From contig NC_135656.1 in NCBI RefSeq assembly GCF_964188315.1, forward strand, positions 36,580,001-36,644,000: a stretch of DNA of 64,000 nt, in the 5' to 3' direction. Below are positions 60,248 to 64,000 of this stretch, in pieces. Numbering within the stretch: position 1 is the first letter of the stretch; each line of letters opens with the position of its first letter. Source of the stretch: Podarcis muralis (Eukaryota). Both the position numbers and the translations under genes were made by a program. Under the pieces are notes generated by a model. That model was not told the origin of the DNA, did no database searches, and saw nothing but the letters and a program-made list of their open reading frames with translations.

Positions 60248-61454
60248 AAATATTCACTGAGAGAGTGAGGATGCACACCTTCTTTGTGTGAAGTCTGAGC
60301 AACTAGGTTGCCCTGCCTTGCATGATTCATGGACTAATGTAGCATTTATATCTCTGTTAATTATTCATATGCAACAAAATGCAAAGGAAGCACCAATGGA
60401 TTTATTGTCTTGCTTGTTTTTAATCTCAAGCGTTATCTCTGCCCTGGGGAACAAGCAAAGTGTTGTAACCTGATGCTGGTTTTGAGTACCACATTCTGCT
60501 TAGAGCAGCACATTGTCTTGACTTGAACACATCTCGGGCATTTGATTGGCCGGTGCAATTGTGTGCAGCTCTGTATCTGCACCGACCCGTTTAGCTTAAC
60601 AGTAAGATTAACATGAAGTCATTCCCCGCACTGCACCCCTTCAGCTGTTATTTCAGCCTGCATGCCCCTCAACCAGCTACTTGACAAAACAAATTAACTG
60701 CCAGATTAACAAGACACAACCGTTGCATTACTCAGATTGTCCCAGCTACATAGCGGTCATTTTCTCCCATCCTCTTCCATGGCGGGGTTAAATTTTAAGT
60801 GTAATTTAATTGCTGGAGGCAGTAATTCGATCTCCTGTCTGGATGATTGGTGTGTTTTACATATCGGGAGTGGAGGGCTGTCTCCTGAGTGGCTTCGTTT
60901 GTGTAGTTAAGTTTGGAAGAGGCTGGCACCAGCAATTACGGAGGATGATAGATCTACATGGAGAACTGGAAGCCTGGGCTATTGCCTTGCATGCAAAATC
61001 ACCTTGTGAGAGAACCTCACTAAATTTTTTTCTCTTTAGCACAGATATCAGCCTTTCTGAACCCGGTGGCCTCCATAAGTTTTTGACCACAACCTCCATC
61101 AGTGGAGTCATTTCCAGAATATCAGGAGGGAGGCTAGCTCTGCTTTTCTAGGGGAAAGAATACATGTGTTAGCTTTGCTCTGTGAGGCAAAACCACTGCA
61201 GATAAGGATCAGGCATTTTCTACACTTATCAGCAAGCTTGCTTTTGTTCTGGCAAATTTCATCTGAAGTGCTGTGATATTATTTATTTCCTCCACAACCT
61301 GTGCTGATCAGTGATAACAGACCTCAGTGATAAGCAAAATAAGCTTTGTGAGATCTAAGCTAACGGATAAAATGTAAGCTCCTTGACAGGATCTCCTATC
61401 CATTTTTAGATAAAAGCTTTAGATGAGTTCTCTGGGTAATAAAAATTCTATTCT

Positions 61455-61531
61455 ATTTAAAGAGGTGAACCTCCCTGAGACCTCCAGGTATAGAGCAGTA
61501 TATAAATAATGATAATAATAATAATAATAAT
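61455..61531 (+). mobile_element. L2-type 3' tail remnant with (AAT)n
   Basis: cctccctgagacctccaggtatagagcagtatataaat followed by aataataat. Confidence 0.45.
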
Positions 61532-62301
61532 GTAAGTTTTTTAAATCATTTTCTTAGGGCTGCTTTGCATGTCATTTTACTTATATACAGTATAAGAAGG
61601 GGAAGAAAATGTGTGGTATACCATTGTGTATTAGCCTACACATACATGTATACAGCCTTTATGTAATTTTTTATGAAAGTATGCTCTACAAATATATCAA
61701 TAAATATACATATTTCAGATCTTTATCCTTTTCGGCAATGATTTTGTCCCTTAGATTGGTGCCACCAGCAAATCTTACCAGAATTTCCTATTCTTTACTT
61801 ACTCATTATTGTTTTCACAGTTTCTACTGAACAAAATTAGCTCCCACAACAGGAGGTTTTGTTTGTTATGTATTTAATGTTCTCCTTTTGTATTTTTATG
61901 CCGTAAACCACCTGTGGTTTTTAATAATTTTTTTAAAAAATAATCAAATAAAAAGTTCAGGAGCTGTTTTGTTGACTACACCTCCCTAGTCTGAAAGTCT
62001 GTCTTTTCACTGCATCCTTTTGATTTCTTTCCTTTAACAGGATCTCCGTCTGCCATATAAATACCTTTGTAACAACTTCTTCCAGTTAAGCCAATAATTT
62101 GCCAATTCTCATGCATCATATCCCTTGATAAAGTCCAAAGAAACGAGCTCAGCCTCTAGAAATGTTAGCCTCTTCTCAGTGTAAATCCCAGCCTCAACCT
62201 GATGAGCTCTTGATATCATTTGTTGCATTCGGAAGCTCCACTGTTGGTTACATCTTTGTGTAAAGGCTCACCTAACCAATACCCCTCCCTTTGCCTTTCA
62301 G

Positions 62302-62472
62302 TGGATGAGAGCCAGGTGGACATCAGACCCCTGCTATGCATTCTTCGGTGTGGACGGCACAGAGTGCTCGTTCCTCATCTACCTCAGCGAAGTCGAGTGG
62401 TTTTGCCCCGTGCTGCCTTGGCGAAATCAGACAGCGGCTGCATCTTCCACCGTGCCACCACCCAGAGCGCAG
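62302..62472 (+). CDS. MGAT5B: MGAT5B internal coding exon (about exon 6), 171 nt, phase 0
   Basis: Acceptor ttgcctttcag| and donor |gtgaag. Encodes WMRARWTSDPCYAFFGVDGTECSFLIYLSEVEWFCPVLPWRNQTAAASSTVPPPRAQ, nearly identical to the recalled human exon over the first 45 aa. Confidence 0.96.
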
Positions 62473-62550
62473 GTGAAGCTTGTAGGCCTTGAATCATGCC
62501 AGTCAAGTTACATCCTCACTTATTTGACAAAGGTTGTTTTTGTCTGAAAC

Positions 62551-62828
62551 AGTGCTCCTGTCTTTCGGTCCCAGCTCCTGCCCACCTAGCAGTTCGAAAG
62601 CACCCTTAAGTGCAAGTAGATAAATAGGTACCGCTTTATAGCGGGAAGGTAAACGGCGTTTCCGTGTGCTGCGCTGGTGCTGGCTCGCCAGAGCAGCTTC
62701 GTCACACTGGCCACGTGACCCAGAAGTGTCTCCGGACAGCGCTGGCCCCTGGCCTCTTAAGTGAGATGGGTGCACAACCCTAGAGTCGGACACGACTGGC
62801 CCGTACAGGCAGGGGTACCTTTACATTT
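62551..62828 (+). mobile_element. Sauria SINE, 5'-truncated, third subfamily
   Basis: ggtcccagctcctgcccacctagcagttcgaaagc...agtcggacacgactgg...cctttac. Confidence 0.88.
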
Positions 62829-62920
62829 TATATCATAGTTAATTTTCAAGATGGCACTGAACATATTGGCTGCCCCTTGGTGACTGAATTTGTTCGCTCC
62901 AATCATGAGGCATCTTCAGC

Positions 62921-63193
62921 CAGGGCCGTAACTAGGGGGGGTGAGGTGGGCCCCCACCAGGGCGCAGGCAAGAGGGGGAGGTGCAAAATCAGCTAAAATA
63001 TGTCCATAAATATATCTATAAAATAAAAATATCGATTATTTCCCCATAAGAAAAGGTTTTAAATAGAGGGTGAATTGAATGGGTGGAGAAGGGGTTGTAG
63101 GAGAGGTGGAAAGAAGAACTAATTTGCCCGTGGGAAGGGGGCACAATCTGGAAGGTTCTGCCAGGGGCACAAGATCACCTAGCTACGGCTCTG
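62921..63193. mobile_element. hAT (Tip100/MER45-like) non-autonomous element, 273 bp
   Basis: cagggccgtaactagg / cctagctacggctctg (14/16) and perfect TSD tcttcagc (62913-62920, 63194-63201). Confidence 0.85.
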
Positions 63194-63343
63194 TCTTCAG
63201 CCCTGTTCAAATGGAGAAGAGAAAGGAAGCATACTTTGCCCATGTAACCTACATGCACCGTAGGATCTCCTTGCTCAGACAGCCATTGCAAGGGTCACCC
63301 TGGACCTTGTGTTAACAGGAAAAGTCTGTTGTTGTTTCCCTAG

Positions 63344-63508
63344 GCGTCTTTTCAGAGAGACCTCTCCTACCTCCTGGAGTTGATTGGCAGTGGCAAAGAG
63401 TCTTTGATCTTCATGAAGAAAAGGATTCGGCATTTGGCCACGCAGTGGCTGAGGGCTTCACATAAACTGGAGCAGAAGCTAGAAGACAAAAAGAGAGATC
63501 AGAAACAG
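63344..63508 (+). CDS. MGAT5B: MGAT5B internal coding exon (about exon 7), 165 nt, phase 0; absent from the ORF track
   Basis: Acceptor gtttccctag| and donor |gtacaa. Encodes ASFQRDLSYLLELIGSGKESLIFMKKRIRHLATQWLRASHKLEQKLEDKKRDQKQ, against human AVFRSNLSHLLDLMGSGKESLIFMKKR...RDQKQ. Confidence 0.93.
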
Positions 63509-63616
63509 GTACAAAATTCAATCTGCTGCTTGTGAACCAACTTGTTATTTGTGGGTATGGTGGACTCACAGCAAGACTGAGGGCCGTTTCCAGCTGAAGC
63601 GTCCCATCAGTACAAA

Positions 63617-64000
63617 GACCATATAACACTGGTCCTGAGAGACCTGCATTGGCTCCCAGTACATTTCCAAGCACAATTCAAAGTGTTGGTGCTGACCTTT
63701 AAGGCCCTAAGTGGCCTCTGTTCTGTATACCTGAAGGAGCATCTCCACCCCCATCATTCAGCCCGAACACTGAGGTCCAGCGCTGAGGGCCTTCTGGCAG
63801 TTCCCTCACTGTGAGAAGTGAGGTTACAGGGAACCAGGCAGAGGGCCTTCTCGGTAATGGCGCCTGCCCTGTGGAACGCCCTCCCATCAGATGTCAAGGA
63901 AATAAGCAACTATCTTACTTTTAAAAGACATCTGAAGGCAGCCCTGTTTAGGGAAGTTTTAAATGTTTAATGCTGCATTGTGTTTTTAACATTCGGTTGG
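63617..64000 (+). mobile_element. L2 LINE 3' fragment, running off the window end
   Basis: Homologous to 22210-22610. Confidence 0.88.

Overview
Vertebrate genomic DNA, most likely from a squamate reptile. The Sauria SINE and the (CTT)n-tailed Squam3-type SINE point to a lacertid lizard (inference). The window lies inside one + strand gene, MGAT5B (N-acetylglucosaminyltransferase VB / GnT-IX). Five consecutive internal coding exons (25621-25765, 47093-47205, 57703-57776, 62302-62472, 63344-63508; exons 3-7 by human numbering as I recall it) splice at GT-AG sites into one uninterrupted frame of about 222 codons. The start-codon and transmembrane exons were not found and presumably lie upstream; the catalytic-domain exons lie downstream. 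Everything else is intron, dense in transposable elements: a 5'-truncated L1 with a 17-bp TSD, L2 and CR1 3' ends, Sauria/Squam2/Squam3/MIR SINEs, a solo LTR, Tigger/pogo-like MITEs, many hAT non-autonomous elements with 8-bp TSDs, and microsatellites. No tRNA gene, intact rRNA gene, CRISPR array or prokaryotic system is supported. The most unusual feature is a 28S rRNA fragment fused to a CR1 3' end, with a hAT MITE later inserted into it (59914-60247). All family names come from recalled consensus sequences, not from database searches.
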